Assembly: GCF_004010195.1 (NCBI RefSeq)
Contig: NC_057719.1
Span: 26,477,426 to 26,507,572, forward strand
Length of the DNA stretch: 30,147 nt
From: Chiloscyllium plagiosum
Lineage: Eukaryota
Direction: 5' to 3'
The position numbers and the translations under genes are program-made. Position 1 is the first letter of the stretch. Every line of letters starts with the position of its first letter. This document shows, one piece after another, positions 9,957 to 22,460 of the stretch. The notes beneath the pieces were generated by a model. It did not search any database, had not been told where the DNA came from, and saw nothing but the letters and a program-made list of their open reading frames with translations.

Positions 9957-10508
9957 GATGTCATTGCTGGTGTGCTTTATAGCATCTTGATCCTGATCAT
10001 CTTCCACCCAGCTTTGGACATAATTGACAACTTCAACTTGACCTACAAGTATGCTCCTTTATTCATCATCAGCCTTCACTTAGGAATGGGACTCTTTTCA
10101 TTTACCCTCGACACGTGGAGCACATCCCGTGGTGACACTGCTGAAATTCTAGGCACTGGCGCAGGTATCGCTTGTGCCTCTCATTTCAATCACATGTTTG
10201 GCATATTACCAGACCCTCCTCTTGATGCTCTGCCGTTTTCTCCCCCAGTAATCTCAGTTAACCTTATTGCAAGAGCATTTTTACGTTTTGTCATTGGCGT
10301 AATTGTTCTGTTACTAACCAGAGCAGTGCTAAAAGCATGCACTATCCCGCTGGCCTGCAAGATATTCCGTATTCCATGCACTGACATCCGCCAGGCACGT
10401 AAGAGAATGGAGGTGGAACTTCCCTATCGTTACATGACATATGGAATGGTAGGATTTGTGGCACTCTTTCTGGTTCCCTCCTTATTTAATTACCTGAATC
10501 TCTCTTGA
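9957..10508 (+). CDS. SGPP1: Last coding exon of sphingosine-1-phosphate phosphatase 1
   Basis: Acceptor TTTTCTAATAG|GAT at 9956/9957; reads [13 protein letters not shown]...[17 protein letters not shown]...[16 protein letters not shown]...NLS-TGA (10506-10508). [15 protein letters not shown] and EVELPYRY match SGPP1 as I recall it; the initial D completes the SRxxxxxHxxxD motif begun in the upstream exon. Confidence 0.95.
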   Translation, partial: DVIAGVLYSILILIIFHPALDIIDNFNLTYKYAPLFIISLHLGMGLFSFTLDTWSTSRGDTAEILGTGAGIACASHFNHMFGILPDPPLDALPFSPPVISVNLIARAFLRFVIGVIVLLLTRAVLKACTIPLACKIFRIPCTDIRQARKRMEVELPYRYMTYGMVGFVALFLVPSLFNYLNLS

Positions 10509-13500
10509 TGGGAGGAAAGGGTCCTTTTGACAGAGCCATTAATTGCAAGCTGGAATGCTAGATTTTAGACGGCAAGTTCCAGATCGGTTGCTTGTTCTGC
10601 CTGAACCCTTAAGCAGACCTCTGTTTGGCCACATTCACTTTCAGGCAACTAACTGCAGGTGTAAGTTAAGATATGATCACTTTTGAAGAAGTTGGTGGTT
10701 TTTTCCTATATCCATGTGGAAGATTTGAGACTCTTCTGAAGTCCACACAAGGAGCTGAAGACCATAAAAGGAGAAGGAAATCTAAATGGTTATGAAAATG
10801 CTTATGAATAAAGATCCTGCAAAAGCTTATTTAAATCTGTGCAGAATGAGTACAAGTATAATAAATGACTGAAGTTTCAGGTATCTAACAATTTATTCAA
10901 TTGTGCCTTTTTAGTTTTATTGAATGAGAATTGCTGCAGTTTCACCAATGGTTATCATTAATTTTAATTGCCTCAGATGATGAGTTGTGCAACGTTTTGA
11001 CATTCCATTGCTGTTTTAGTCTGTAATTTAAGTTTGGGTCACGGTCCTAATTTGCAACTGAAAGATACCTTCTAAGTGCTGCAATTTAAGAATTTTTTTT
11101 TAATCAGAGCACTGATTTTTTTTTTTTAAACTTTCTCTTTCCTAATTTTAGTTAGTCACATTGTTTTAAATGGGGTGTTTGTGCACAAAAACACTCATTT
11201 GAAATCCTTGACACTCTGTTTATTGTTTAGATTTTCAACCTGAGGTGATATAGTTAAATCTGATTACTTATGCCCCACATTTTAGACACCACATAGGATT
11301 GGACACCTGATCAAATGAAGTACTGACAACTAAAAGTTTTATTTCCCCAGTTGAAAGTTGAATCTCGTTCACTTCAACTGTCTCTGAAGACACAAACCAA
11401 TGTAACATTACAAATTTCTTGCAACCATGAAAGGATTGTCCATGTGCTAAGTCTCTTCTGTGTTCTGAACTCTGTCAAAAGAGAAGGTACTGCAATCTGT
11501 TAAATGCTTCCAAGATGTTGGAAAATTGCATCTTTTGCGGTGAATTAATGATAAAGCAATAGCTTGATAAATGTAGGTCTTGCAGACTGGTGGGAGACAT
11601 TTCGGTATTAAGGGAGAAGCTCCAAATTTGAGATTAGACATAACTGCATAGGTTCCTACATTGATAAGAAAGTGAGGTCTGCAGATGCTGGAGATCAGAG
11701 CTGGAAATGTGTTGCTGGAAAAGCGCAGCAGGTCAGGCAGCATCCAGGGAACAGGAGAATCGACGTTTCGGGCATAAGCCCTTCTCCTGTTCCCTGGATG
11801 CTGCCTGACCTGCGCTTTCCCAGCAACACATTTCCAGCTCCTACATTGATAACCACTTTGTGTACAATACTAAACAATTTAGTGATTTCCTCCACTAAAA
11901 TAAACCATGGTATATATTTTTTTTCCCTGCATGGCTCTTGCAGCTTTGCCCTATATGTAATGATGAATCTACTACCATGTATGAGGAAACTATTAAAGTA
12001 CTATTCTGATTTCTTTAGTTCTTGATTTGTATTTGCACTGACATGTTACGAAGGATATGAAAGCTGACTTTATTTGAAAGCTGTTCAATAAGTGGACCAT
12101 CTTGTCTTTTTCAAGATTGGGGGGAGATTACGTTTAATCTTTTCCTGCAGTTTAAACCTTTCCCAAAAAGATAACATGCTCAGACAAGAAATTTCCTGTT
12201 TTTCAGTGCATCTGTTTCTCAGTACCAGTGTTTTGCACAGTTTGTCACCTGAGGTGACAGTGTTGCTTTTTAGTAGTTTGTGAATGTGGAATGGGTGACA
12301 TGTGTAACCATTGATAATTCTTACAGGAACTCACTGTATGTGAGAGTACACAACATTAATCACTACCATACCGTTATGACAAAGTTGATTTTTATCTATA
12401 GAATGAACATTTTTTGTTTCCTATGCTCATTGCCTTATTCCTTGTAGCAGAAAGCCCAACAGGAAGAATGAACAGAACTAGCATAACATTTTGCGCACAC
12501 AAATGTGTGGAGGAATTGCTGGTTGTATTTAATATTCATATTACCTGCAGTATTCCATGTCACTCTGAAGACTGACCACGACTATAACTGTTTTTTAACT
12601 GACCACAAAATTTCAATTTGTTCTTGTCTTAAAAATCAGGCATTCCAATGTCACCTCCTATGAAATCTTTTGCATCATCTGCACTTTTTACTGTGGGATG
12701 TATAATTGTTATCTAGTTGAACACACTGCAAAGATCCTGGTTTTTAAAAACATGTAGCTACAGTTTTGTTGCTGAGAAAAATACCCTTCTTTCTGTTGAA
12801 AGTTTTTTTCTTAAATCATTTTAAGATTGCAAACATTTATCAAATTTTCTTGTATCATACTTTGTCTTTTTCTGAAATGATATCAGGCTCTGCATTCATG
12901 GAATTAATGAAAACAGAACTGTGATGTGCTGTAGGCAAGTTTTACATCTTGCAAGAGAGGGAGTGTCCTGTGGATCATGTGATTGACCAGAAAAGTTTCT
13001 TATGAAAAAATCAATCAGTGTCTCTGGATATTCCTCCCATTGGGCTTTCAGCTTTCTGGATTATACAGTATTGATGTACAGATTGAAGATTGACTTGTGT
13101 TAAACTACTTCTGGAGTTTTAATGTAAAAAGTGTCACTCCTGTACTTGATGAAATAGTACTTTTTAAAATTTGTATAATTTATCTTGGGACAGTAAATCT
13201 TATTCAAACTATGTAATTCTTCTAAGCATGGGCATGAAAAAGATTCTACTGAACCTGATTGGTTGTTTACATTTTATTTTTAAAAATCCAATTTCAAATT
13301 TATTTTGAGATGAATCTTATTTTACCTTGCTAGAAATAGCGAGGTTGGTTACTTCTATATTTCAGCAGTATTCCATGGTATTACACTTGTCTTTTATTCT
13401 ATTCCATTACACTTTGCATAGAGATGTAAATTCACTGTCATTGATATTCCCGAGGTAAAAATATTGATGTAACATGGAGATGGGATAGGCAAAATTAGTT

Positions 13501-16500
13501 AATACATTTTGTTCTCAAAAGTACCATTTTTGTGGAAATCCAATTATCCCATAGCATTTAGTACTTGGCTAAAACCATCTAAATCTTTTATACAAGATGT
13601 CAGCAGATCTCACTACAGTGAGACCACTAACCAACCATGCTGCAATACTTTGTTGAATTGTATGGAACATTTGGTGAAGTGGGATGTACTTTGGTTGGAG
13701 TCTGAAAGTTTTTTTTAACTTTGAATTAGCTTTTGTTTTATTATTTAGCATCACTACTTATTTCTCCTCTATCCCACCTCCCCCATCCCCACCCCCACCC
13801 CACTCATCCATCCTTACCTTTTGCACCTGTGCATGCATATATATTACACGCATAGTCCTTGGAAATGTTTAAACTATATTTTATGGTTTTTCACTTTTTT
13901 TTTGTGTGTGAAGTTTTGATAGTGATAGCAGATGCATTAGGAAACTTCTGACCTACTGCAAAGGTATCTTTCCCTTGTATAACTTCCTGCATAACTTAAG
14001 TAGACAAAATGAAGGATGACAAATTTATTCTTGTGCAGACATAGCTGAATGTCCTGGATTTTGACTATTGTTTTCACTTCCTTTGCCAGTGACCTCTCTG
14101 GGGTTAAACAGTCTGTCAGAAATTCAAAAGTCTTTTGAACCTACCCCTGCCAAGTTACTTACCTGATTTTGGGTGGTTTCATGAGCATTGACATTTATCT
14201 TGATGTCACTGATGTTAAAGAAGGGAAAATTGGCTTGCATTCATTATGTTGAGCATTACTGAGATGCATGCGTGGAGCTTGGTAATGATCAGTCCTGATT
14301 GTGATGCAGACTGGTCTGTATGATTTGACCAGGGGTAATCTGATGCACTAATATTCTCCCAAATATTACATAGTGCATCTCCCACTATCCTGATACTCTG
14401 AGAAAGCCTAAAGAGCAAATTGTGCATTGTTGCCTCTGTAAAAGTATTTTTTTTTTGTTGTTTTGGATCAATACTGCAAAGGCTAATTCTTTTTTAAGCA
14501 AGGATCTTCCAAAGGGGCATATGCTGATTTCTGTCATGTGTTGAACACTCTTGTCAGCTCATAGCATAAAATTATGAATGTGATACATAACATTAAAGTT
14601 CAAAAAAATCATCATTTTATGAAACATTGGTGTACTTGAATAGGAGTTTTTTTGTTCAGCCCTTACTGTTGATGATTTGATTTATGGAAAACCAGTTTAA
14701 ATGTGGACTGTTGGTTTTAAAGTAAGAATAAATGTTATGTAAAACTACACTTCAAACTATATATAAACAATATAATCATTCTAAGCATGGAACTTTTGTG
14801 GTCCAATAATCCCATTGGTAGATTTCCCTCCCTCTTTATTCCACACATCTCTAAGTGAGGCTTGTTGGTTTCATGCCAGACAAGATTTTTAATTATTATT
14901 TTTTGAATGGTATGACAAAAGTAGATCCCTGTAACTTTTTTTAAAAATGCATTCTAGATTGATGGAACATTAATGCAAAAGTGAGTTTCACCATTTTAAT
15001 AAGTCATCTCCCTTTTCAGTGCTGAACAATCTAATGCATCCTTCTATTTACACAAAAAAGCATGCGTCACTGAAAAATGAAAGTGCAGTTAGAGAACTGT
15101 GAAGCCATAGTGTTTCTTAACCCTTTATGGGATAAACCAAATACAATTCAAGTTTTTAATTAATTATTTTCTAAAAATTCCTAAAAGGGTTAAAAAATAT
15201 TGAGTAAAATGGCTTTTTTGTTAAAGTACTAAATGCAGTTCCATAGGTATCAAAAGGATTAGTTGTTTTTCCTGAAGTTAAATCTATTGGTCATTAACAG
15301 TGCACGATCTGACTGTTCGTCCAATAATTTGGCTTCCATAACTTCCACATACACATGAATTGCCAATTTGTTGAAACTATATGGATGTTCTGCTGCACCT
15401 AATTGGCTCTGTGCAAGTACTGTGCACATGGAGGTGGCAGATGCAAGACTTTTGGAAAGTGCAAGTTATACATGGGAGTGGTTCATTAGAAAGTTCTTAG
15501 TACAGGGTTGGGACCACACTGGTGATCAGTGAATTCCTGTAAAAGTTTTTTGCATTCAAGAATATGTCCCATCTCTCTGTAGAAACCAATATGTCATCTT
15601 AAAGAGCCCCTGCCATTTCAGCTGTCTAAAATCTGGAGAGAGGGATAATATAGTTAAGATTATTTGTGGAATCCTGGCAAGATAACAGCATATTACCTGA
15701 CTAGAATTGCATTAATTGTAAACTCTATCAAAACAATTCAAAGGTTGTGGACATAAATATATCTATTATGACTGTGTATGGATTAGTAAATTTGTGTGAG
15801 GCCACTCCAAACTCAACAAAAGTGAATGATAAAATCTTTGGGTCACTATGCCAGATCATCCATGCATGGGATTCTTAAAAGTACACAGATTTGTGAAGTG
15901 ATTGAAATTAACTTATTTTTAAAAAAATATTTGCTTCCTATTTACTCTTTGATCTTGGTTAAACTTTAACCTTTTTGTTTATTCTTCAAACTAGCTAAAG
16001 ATTTTTTTGTGATGACCTTGCCTTTCCTTGCTGATACAACTTTTCACTAATGCTCTTAACCATTAACTTTAACTAATTGAATTATAATCTGTGATTAAGA
16101 TATGGAGATAAGTTCTTTCTCACCATCTAGTTTTTTTTTTAAAAAAAAGCACTTAAAGCTATTGGAAGCGCTAGAATTGCAATTTGAGATTGTCCAATTT
16201 AGCCCCAAACTGTGGTGAACAAGAAATCCTTTAGCCCAGCTGACTAGAATGTTTGTTTGTTTGTGCAACTAATATATAGAAATTGAGAATTTGGATAACC
16301 TGATTATGGAAACTTGATATATTGCAATCTTCAGTATATTTTTCATTACAGTAAATCAAAAAATATTTCAGGTCAGAGGGCATGTAGGGAAGGAAATTGC
16401 TCAAAGACTAATGTAGAAACATGGTACGATTCTTGGTTGACACACATACACCTGCAGCAGATTTGGAAAAATAAGCCACAGCTATATGCAGAGACTAAAG

Positions 16501-16900
16501 AGTAAATGTATGGATACTTACTTTTGTTTAATGATTTATTATTTGAATGTTGAACAGTTATGAATGAAGATGCATTGCATTATTTTACCTGTGTTAATGA
16601 AACATGGAACAAAGTGTTTGTTTTTACTATGTTGTAATGCTAGAGTTTTTTTTGTCATGAGCATGAGTTTTGTTTTTTCTTAAACTTTTTTAAAATCTGT
16701 TTTAAAAGTTGGTTTTCAGATCACTATCTTCCCTTGGACCTTGTGACTTTCAAATATTGTAAGTTTGTGTGTTAATCATTGATTTTCATCCTATCCTCCA
16801 ACAGTTAGTTCTGCTGGTCAGCAATGTGATACATTTCACAATTCATTTTATGTAATTGCAGTTTGCACTAAGCTTAAAATAAAAAGTACAATGAAACTTG
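10509..16900 (+). other. SGPP1: Putative long 3' UTR of SGPP1 with alternative poly(A) sites
   Basis: AT/U-rich and almost free of recognisable repeats, unlike the flanks; AATAAA at 10807, 10860, 14727, 16878 and 16937. The true end cannot be fixed from sequence alone. Confidence 0.5.
11668..11838. mobile_element. Young fold-back Penelope terminal-repeat insertion with perfect 14-bp TSD
   Basis: TCCTACATTGATAA at 11654-11667 and 11839-11852; inverted arms 11698-11759 and 11782-11840; loop holds the hammerhead half GAAGGGCTTATGCCCGAAACGTC on the minus strand. Confidence 0.9.
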
Positions 16901-16911
16901 GCTTTGTGTGT
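16851..16911 (+). terminator. Candidate distal polyadenylation site
   Basis: TGTA at 16851, AATAAA at 16878-16883 and GU-rich TTGGCTTTGTGTGT at 16898-16911; repeat-derived DNA resumes within about 600 nt. Confidence 0.55.
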
Positions 16912-17454
16912 ACACGTTTATTCCTTTTAAAGGAGAAATAAAGTGCCAGCAAAAGTACTCCTTGGCTAGCACTTCCTAATAGTAAAATTTGTCATTTGGA
17001 AACCTTAAATCTTCTGTTTAACTCTCAGCAAAGTTGTCCAATATTTCAGACAGCAAGTAACTGTCAACAGTGACTTATTTTCAAGCTGGCGTGGAGAATA
17101 AATTTAAACTTAATCACCCTGGAGCTGCAAATACTTGTCAATATAATTGCTAATAACTTCCATATTTAAGCATTGTTCAGTTCAATTTTCTCTATTGTTG
17201 AACATTGTTCTACGTAAGCTAGATCTGTTAAAGCTATTGGATCTCTTCCAAATTGATTTATAGAAGCTTATTTGACAGTATATTTACTTTGCTTGTATTT
17301 TTAAACTTCCAGAGAAAAGTAAATTATGAAAGTAGACATGCAGCTTTTATTCTCCCAAACACTTTCAAGTTGAGGGTTGAGTATAAAGTACTCTAAATGC
17401 TACTAAGCTTGATGCAATAATGATTTAACTGAAAGCTATGTAATAATAGGTAAT

Positions 17455-17625
17455 TAACCAGATTATCAAGTAGACCCCAGTGTTGTAGCAATAATGGATT
17501 ACTTTATCCAGGGTGCAGCTAATTCTGTAGCATTCTTTGATTTTTGAAGTTTGGTGATGTTCAATACTGGGGTCTTTAGCTGCTTATTGACATCCCATGG
17601 TGTGATCCTTTTTGTTTCTAACAAA
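17455..17625 (-). mobile_element. Decayed LINE RT fragment
   Basis: Reads ITPWDVNKQLK...NATELAAP then, after a frameshift, DKVIHYCYNTGVY, resembling the non-LTR RT segment ..APELAAPLxKLFxxSxxTGxxP. Confidence 0.55.
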
Positions 17626-18689
17626 ATATCTCTGCGCTTGTCTGCTTTAAATTCCATTTACCTTGTGGTTAGGGCATCGAAGGAACCCATTAGCTTATGG
17701 CGTCTATCCATTTCTTTTAAACTTTGTCGGCTTTAGTGTTTTTGTAAATTTGTTCTGAATCATTACTACTTGCTGCTTGAAAAGGTTCTTCCTTGTCTCC
17801 TCTTCTCTCAGCCTAAAACTAACTCCATGTCCTTGTACCATAATTTAGTGGTAACAACTTTACTTGGAAACCATTTCCTTCTAATCCTGCCATGATCTAT
17901 ACTGCAATTGCCAACTGTTGTGAAGTGCTGTTACATGTTGTCATTTATGGCAAGTTCCTCCAACACAATAATATCAATTTTTCACTTTTTTTCAATTAAT
18001 CCCTTAATGGTTTTCTTGGTTATTTTGGTTCTTTTTGAGATTGGGTGCCACCCTGAGTTGTGAAAAGGACTTGGCTGAGAAGCCTGGTAGGTAGTTGCAA
18101 GGTCTAGACCAACAGAGTAAATTCCTACATGATCATTGTTGGAAGTACATGCTTAGGTGAAGATTCTGGAGTTTGATGTTTGAATTTGTGTTCTGCAAAT
18201 TCACTGCTATAGAAATTCTCCAGTGGCAAGAGCTTTGGTAAGTGACCAAACCCCTCTGCCAACTAGAATAGTGGTGACAGCATGATAGACTACAATGTGT
18301 CCTCCTGTGGAAATTTAGTTATCAAATATCTAATTTAAACAGCTTTTGGAAGGCTGTGCTGACACATCTAATTCTTAGATGTACTGATTGATATTGGAAA
18401 AACATCAAAACTTTTCCTAATGTCAACAGCTACTTTTTTTAAAAAAAAAAGTTCACTAATTCCCCATCAATAACCATCCTTGGTGGAGGTTTTGTCTGGA
18501 GAAAAGCTGGGGAGTATTTTGGTTTTGCTGATGAGTGAGACACTGATTTGAGGTAGAGGGTGGACTGTCTGATACTTAGTGTGGGTCACAGCTGCATAGC
18601 TGTTAACATTATAACCCATTAATATATTGGGTTACCTTAGTCTTGACTCACAGGCTGTTGAAGTTGAAAAACTTCCCATTGAACCAAAA

Positions 18690-19030
18690 CACAACCGTGA
18701 CTCCTTGTACAAGTTGGACATGATTGAAATCATCAACCAGACTGAGATGAATCGAGGAAAAACTGATACCTTTCTGGATATAAGAGGGCTTAGTCTCCAA
18801 TCCACTACAAAGGACAGTTGCCACATAGTATTATGCAGGAGCTGATGGATTATTTTTTCTAACTCCCAAGCCTCTGATTTTTCTTTTCCAAAAGGCTTTA
18901 CTGTTGTTTTGGATTCAAAGGTCATTGGCTGATAGATCAGTAAAAGCAATAGAGAGATATTTGCATGAGCTCCAGAAACTCGTTTGTTTAATATCTGTGA
19001 CGCTCCTGGACATCACTGGGTTTGGTGTCT
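18690..19030 (+). mobile_element. Decayed LINE RT fragment
   Basis: EMNRGKTDTFLDIRG (cf. LDIxxAFD) followed by WIQRSLADRSVK (cf. WIxSFLxDR). Confidence 0.45.
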
Positions 19031-19104
19031 GGAAGTATGTAGGGTACTAGTTGGTTCAGGTGGATTCAGTGGGTGTATGATGATTAAAGTCACACCTTTC
19101 ATTA

Positions 19105-19500
19105 TATGAATATATAGACTAGGAGCAAAAGGAGACAGTCCATGTTCCCATTTACCCCAATAAAGCTTCATTACCATGTCTAACCAGAATCTATCCACAT
19201 CCATCTTTAAAGCTACTCAATGACCCTACACTCTCTGCTTTCTGGGGAGGTGTTTAATGTCACTCAACCCTTTTGAGGGCAGGTTTTAAAAAAAATTCTC
19301 AGCTTTGTCTTAAGTGTGACCCCTAATTTTAAAGTGTCTCTCCGTTCCAGGCTCCTCCACAAAAGGAAACCTTTTCACATCCTCCTTTACAAGCCCATTC
19401 AGAATTGTATGCACTTCAATCCAGTCACCTTCAAACTGGTAAACTCTAATGGAAACAAGCTGAGCATGCCTTTGTAAGACCGTAAACCCCTCTGAACCAT
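19105..19500 (-). mobile_element. Old CR1-type 3' fragment
   Basis: Minus ORF 19310-19585 includes GDWIEVHTILNGL...FPFVEEPGTERHFKIRG (cf. GDLIEVYKIMxG..FPxxxESRTRGH at 27050-27150). Confidence 0.6.
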
Positions 19501-20044
19501 TTCTGATGTGTTTACATTCCTTATGAAGTCTAGTATCACTTTTTCCTTTTAGAAGTAGAATCCTGATTCTTCTGACTGAAAGCAAGCTAAGTTCTTCAAT
19601 TTTTACTCTTTTTTTTTTACAAAAATCTCATTCAACAGATCCCTACTTTTTTGCCCAGGAATTTTCCCTCAAAATAAAATTCCAGAAATAATGGCAAGTC
19701 AATCATTAAATCCCCTGCACATATACCCACGTGCTAAGAGTTCAAGATCCAAACTCTCAAATGATTTTACATACATAAGTACATTGCACATGTTACAACA
19801 CATCATATAGACTGTTCTGTTTTACTTTTAATACTATTTCTTCTCTGCACCCAAACTTGACATTTAACATTGATGTCCTGCAACAAGGTCACCTTTTACT
19901 ACTGCAAATGCTATTCTTAATTATTAGTTTTACCTGTCCACTTTTGGCTTTCCATTTTTCTGGAATGTCCTAACCCTCAACCTGCTATGGCCAGTTTGTA
20001 CATCCACCCTGCAGTTGCCACTCCTTTCAAAACAGGCTGAGAAC

Positions 20045-22460
20045 ACTTCTAACCTGGTTGTAAGCTTGCTTGCTGAGCTGGTAGATTTGTTCTGACATTT
20101 CGTCACCATGCTGGGTAACATCAGTGAGCCTCCAGTGAAATGCTGGGGTTGTGTTTCACTGGCTATTTGTGTTTTCGTTTGATGTGAGCGATATCCCTTT
20201 CCATTCTTTTTCTGAGCGGTTGTGAAATGGGGTCCAAATCAAAATGTTTAACAATTCCAGTTTAGATGTCAGGCCTCTGAATTCCCATGCATGTCTTTGC
20301 TTAACCTGTCCTGGGATGGATGGTGTGTGTGTGTGTGTGATAGTTGGTCATGTCTTTTGGTGGCTAGTTGGTGCTCATTGTATCCTGGTGGCTAGTTTCC
20401 TGCCCGTCTGTCCAGTGTAATGTTTGTCCAGTCCTTGCAGGGTATTTTGTATATGACCTCTGACCTCTGTTCTGCTAGCTGTTGGTACTGGATCCTTTAA
20501 ATTCATCAGGAGCTGTTCAGTGTGGTGGTAGGTTTGTGGGCTACCATGCTGCTTAGGGGCGAGAGTAGTCTGGTTGTCATCTCCAAGGTGTCTTTTAATG
20601 TCTGGCAGATGGCTACAATCTCTCTGTGTGTTGTCGTCTTTTTTTAGGTCTGTCATGCAGGAATCAGCAAACTGCGCTCATCAGGCACCCATTATTCCTG
20701 GATACTTCATTTAGGTGTTTTCTTTCCTTTGGCGGCTTGTAGTTCCTCAGTGCTGTATTGTGTTGTGGCTCATTTAAATGTCCTGATGCAGCTCTGTTTG
20801 TGGGTGTTGAGATGATTGCTCCTGTAGTTGAGTATCTGGTCAGTGCATGCGGCTTTCCTGTAGAAGCTGGTCTGCAGCTCTACATTTAGCTTTTTGTTCT
20901 ACTATGACATCCTAGGAAGGGGAGTTTGTTGTAGTCATCGGTGCACTTTATACCAGTAAGGATGTTGTTTGTGGGTTCCTTCTAATTTGTTGCATTTTGT
21001 GATGACAAAGATGTCATCCACATAGCAGACTCGAAGCCTGGGCTATATTGTGGGAAGGGATGTTTGTTCTAACTTTGGGATAACTGCTTTTGCTTAGAGT
21101 CCTGATATTAGTGATCCCATAGGTATCCTATTGATTTGTTTATAGATCTTGTTGAAGGTGAATTGGGTTGAGAGGCACAGGTCTACTGTTTTTGAGGATG
21201 CTGTCCTGCTGATGGAGTGGTGCTGTCAGGTGTTTGTGTCCTTGGTTGTTGGCTAGGGTGATGTGAATAGGGACATGTTGAACAAAATGTCCTCAGCCTT
21301 GGTGTCTTTGAGGAATTCCTGGGTGGCTTGAGTCTTCCAGGTGTTTGTGTTGCAGTTCCCTTTAGTAGTCTGTTTGTAGCTGAACTGGGATGTGAGACAA
21401 TGGGTCTGAGGGGACCCTTGCTTATGTACCTTTCGGTAATCTGTAGAAACGGAGCATGTTGGATTCTTTCGGTTTTATTCTTTGCAGGTCAGTCTTGTTA
21501 ATTTCACCTGTTGTGTAAAGTTTCCTCAGGGTAGCAGTAGTATGGTTTTCTGGCTGTGGACTCTGGTCGATTGCTGCCTGTAGGTATCTACAGGTATGTA
21601 CAGGTATCTACAGGTTTGTATCTGTGAGCAGTGTGTTTGCTTTTTCAATGTATTGTTCTGTTCAGAATGACAGTCATGCACCTTTTTGCCTGCCGGTTGG
21701 ATTGCAATATTTCTGTCCTCCTCCTTGAGTTCTGAGTTGTTGAGGGTGTTCCCTTTCTTTCTGCTTAGTGTTAGTGTTACTGTTTGTCTGATGGCCTGCC
21801 CAATCTCTTCTGTAAATATGTTGTCTTTTAGGGAGGATTCCGGTGCTGCTAAAAAGTCCCTTTTTTTTTGTTCACGGTCCTGTTGTTGAATTCATCCCTT
21901 GTACAAGGATGACCGTTTCCGTGCCTGTTATCGGTCCAACAAGTTCTTTATCCAAGTCTCTCTGAGCTGTCTGTTTTATTGCTGAGCGAGAGCTTGGCCA
22001 GATCTTATTAGTAGGGTTTTTCTTTTCTTTGGTCTGCTGTTGTTTAGTGTTGGTTCGTTCTAACGTACTTGTCCATTCGTGGTCAGTCGCACTAGTGTAC
22101 AGAGTTTCTTGGTCAGAATACGCACAATTGAAAGACATCAGTTTGACTTGGACAATACATCCATCTCTGGGTAGACTAAACAAAGACACAGGAATTCCTA
22201 GACGCCTAGCATTCCAATTAGAATTCAATTAACAAACATCAATTTGGACATCATTTAGCAACCTCTCCTAAAAGAACCATAAGTGATATCGCCCACCACA
22301 ACAGACCAAGACCCCAAATAGCCAATGGGACAGAACACCAGCACTTCATCGAAGGCTCACTGATGTTACCTAGCATGGTGACGAAACATCTGAGAATAAA
22401 TCTACCACTTCAGTGAGCAAACTGACAACCTGATCCACAAGCTGAGTTACAACTCTTCTT
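20045..22460 (-). mobile_element. Decayed Penelope-like retrotransposon (RT + GIY-YIG) with inverted terminal repeat
   Basis: Minus-strand motifs in order: FYRLPK (~21450), LRPIVS (~21410), MGSLISG (21120), YVDDIFVI (21024-21001), FYRKAACTDQILNYRSNH (~20865), HYTGQTGRKLATRIQ (~20420); terminal repeat at 20045-20325 mirrored on + at 22128-22460; many stops and frameshifts. Confidence 0.9.
21581..21620 (+). repeat. 4 x 10-nt tandem repeat (CAGGTATSTA)
   Basis: taggtatcta caggtatgta caggtatcta caggtttgta. Confidence 0.85.

Noticed and set aside
10190..10387. Antisense ORF over the SGPP1 exon
   Set aside because: Shadow frame of the real CDS with no independent support.
9972..10508. ORF track start (GTG at 9972) as a standalone 178-aa gene
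   Set aside because: It is internal to a spliced exon that starts at 9957 after a clear acceptor.
11447..16505. Short ORFs in the putative 3' UTR
   Set aside because: No recognisable motifs or splice context; expected by chance or derived from the 11668 repeat.
17500..17735. Minus-strand host exon (ACAAG|GTAAAT near 17660; MEFKADKRR... frame)
   Set aside because: The downstream peptide matches decayed LINE RT text, and I found no acceptor or host-protein similarity.
21581..21620. CRISPR-like array
   Set aside because: 10-nt tandem units with no spacers in vertebrate DNA.
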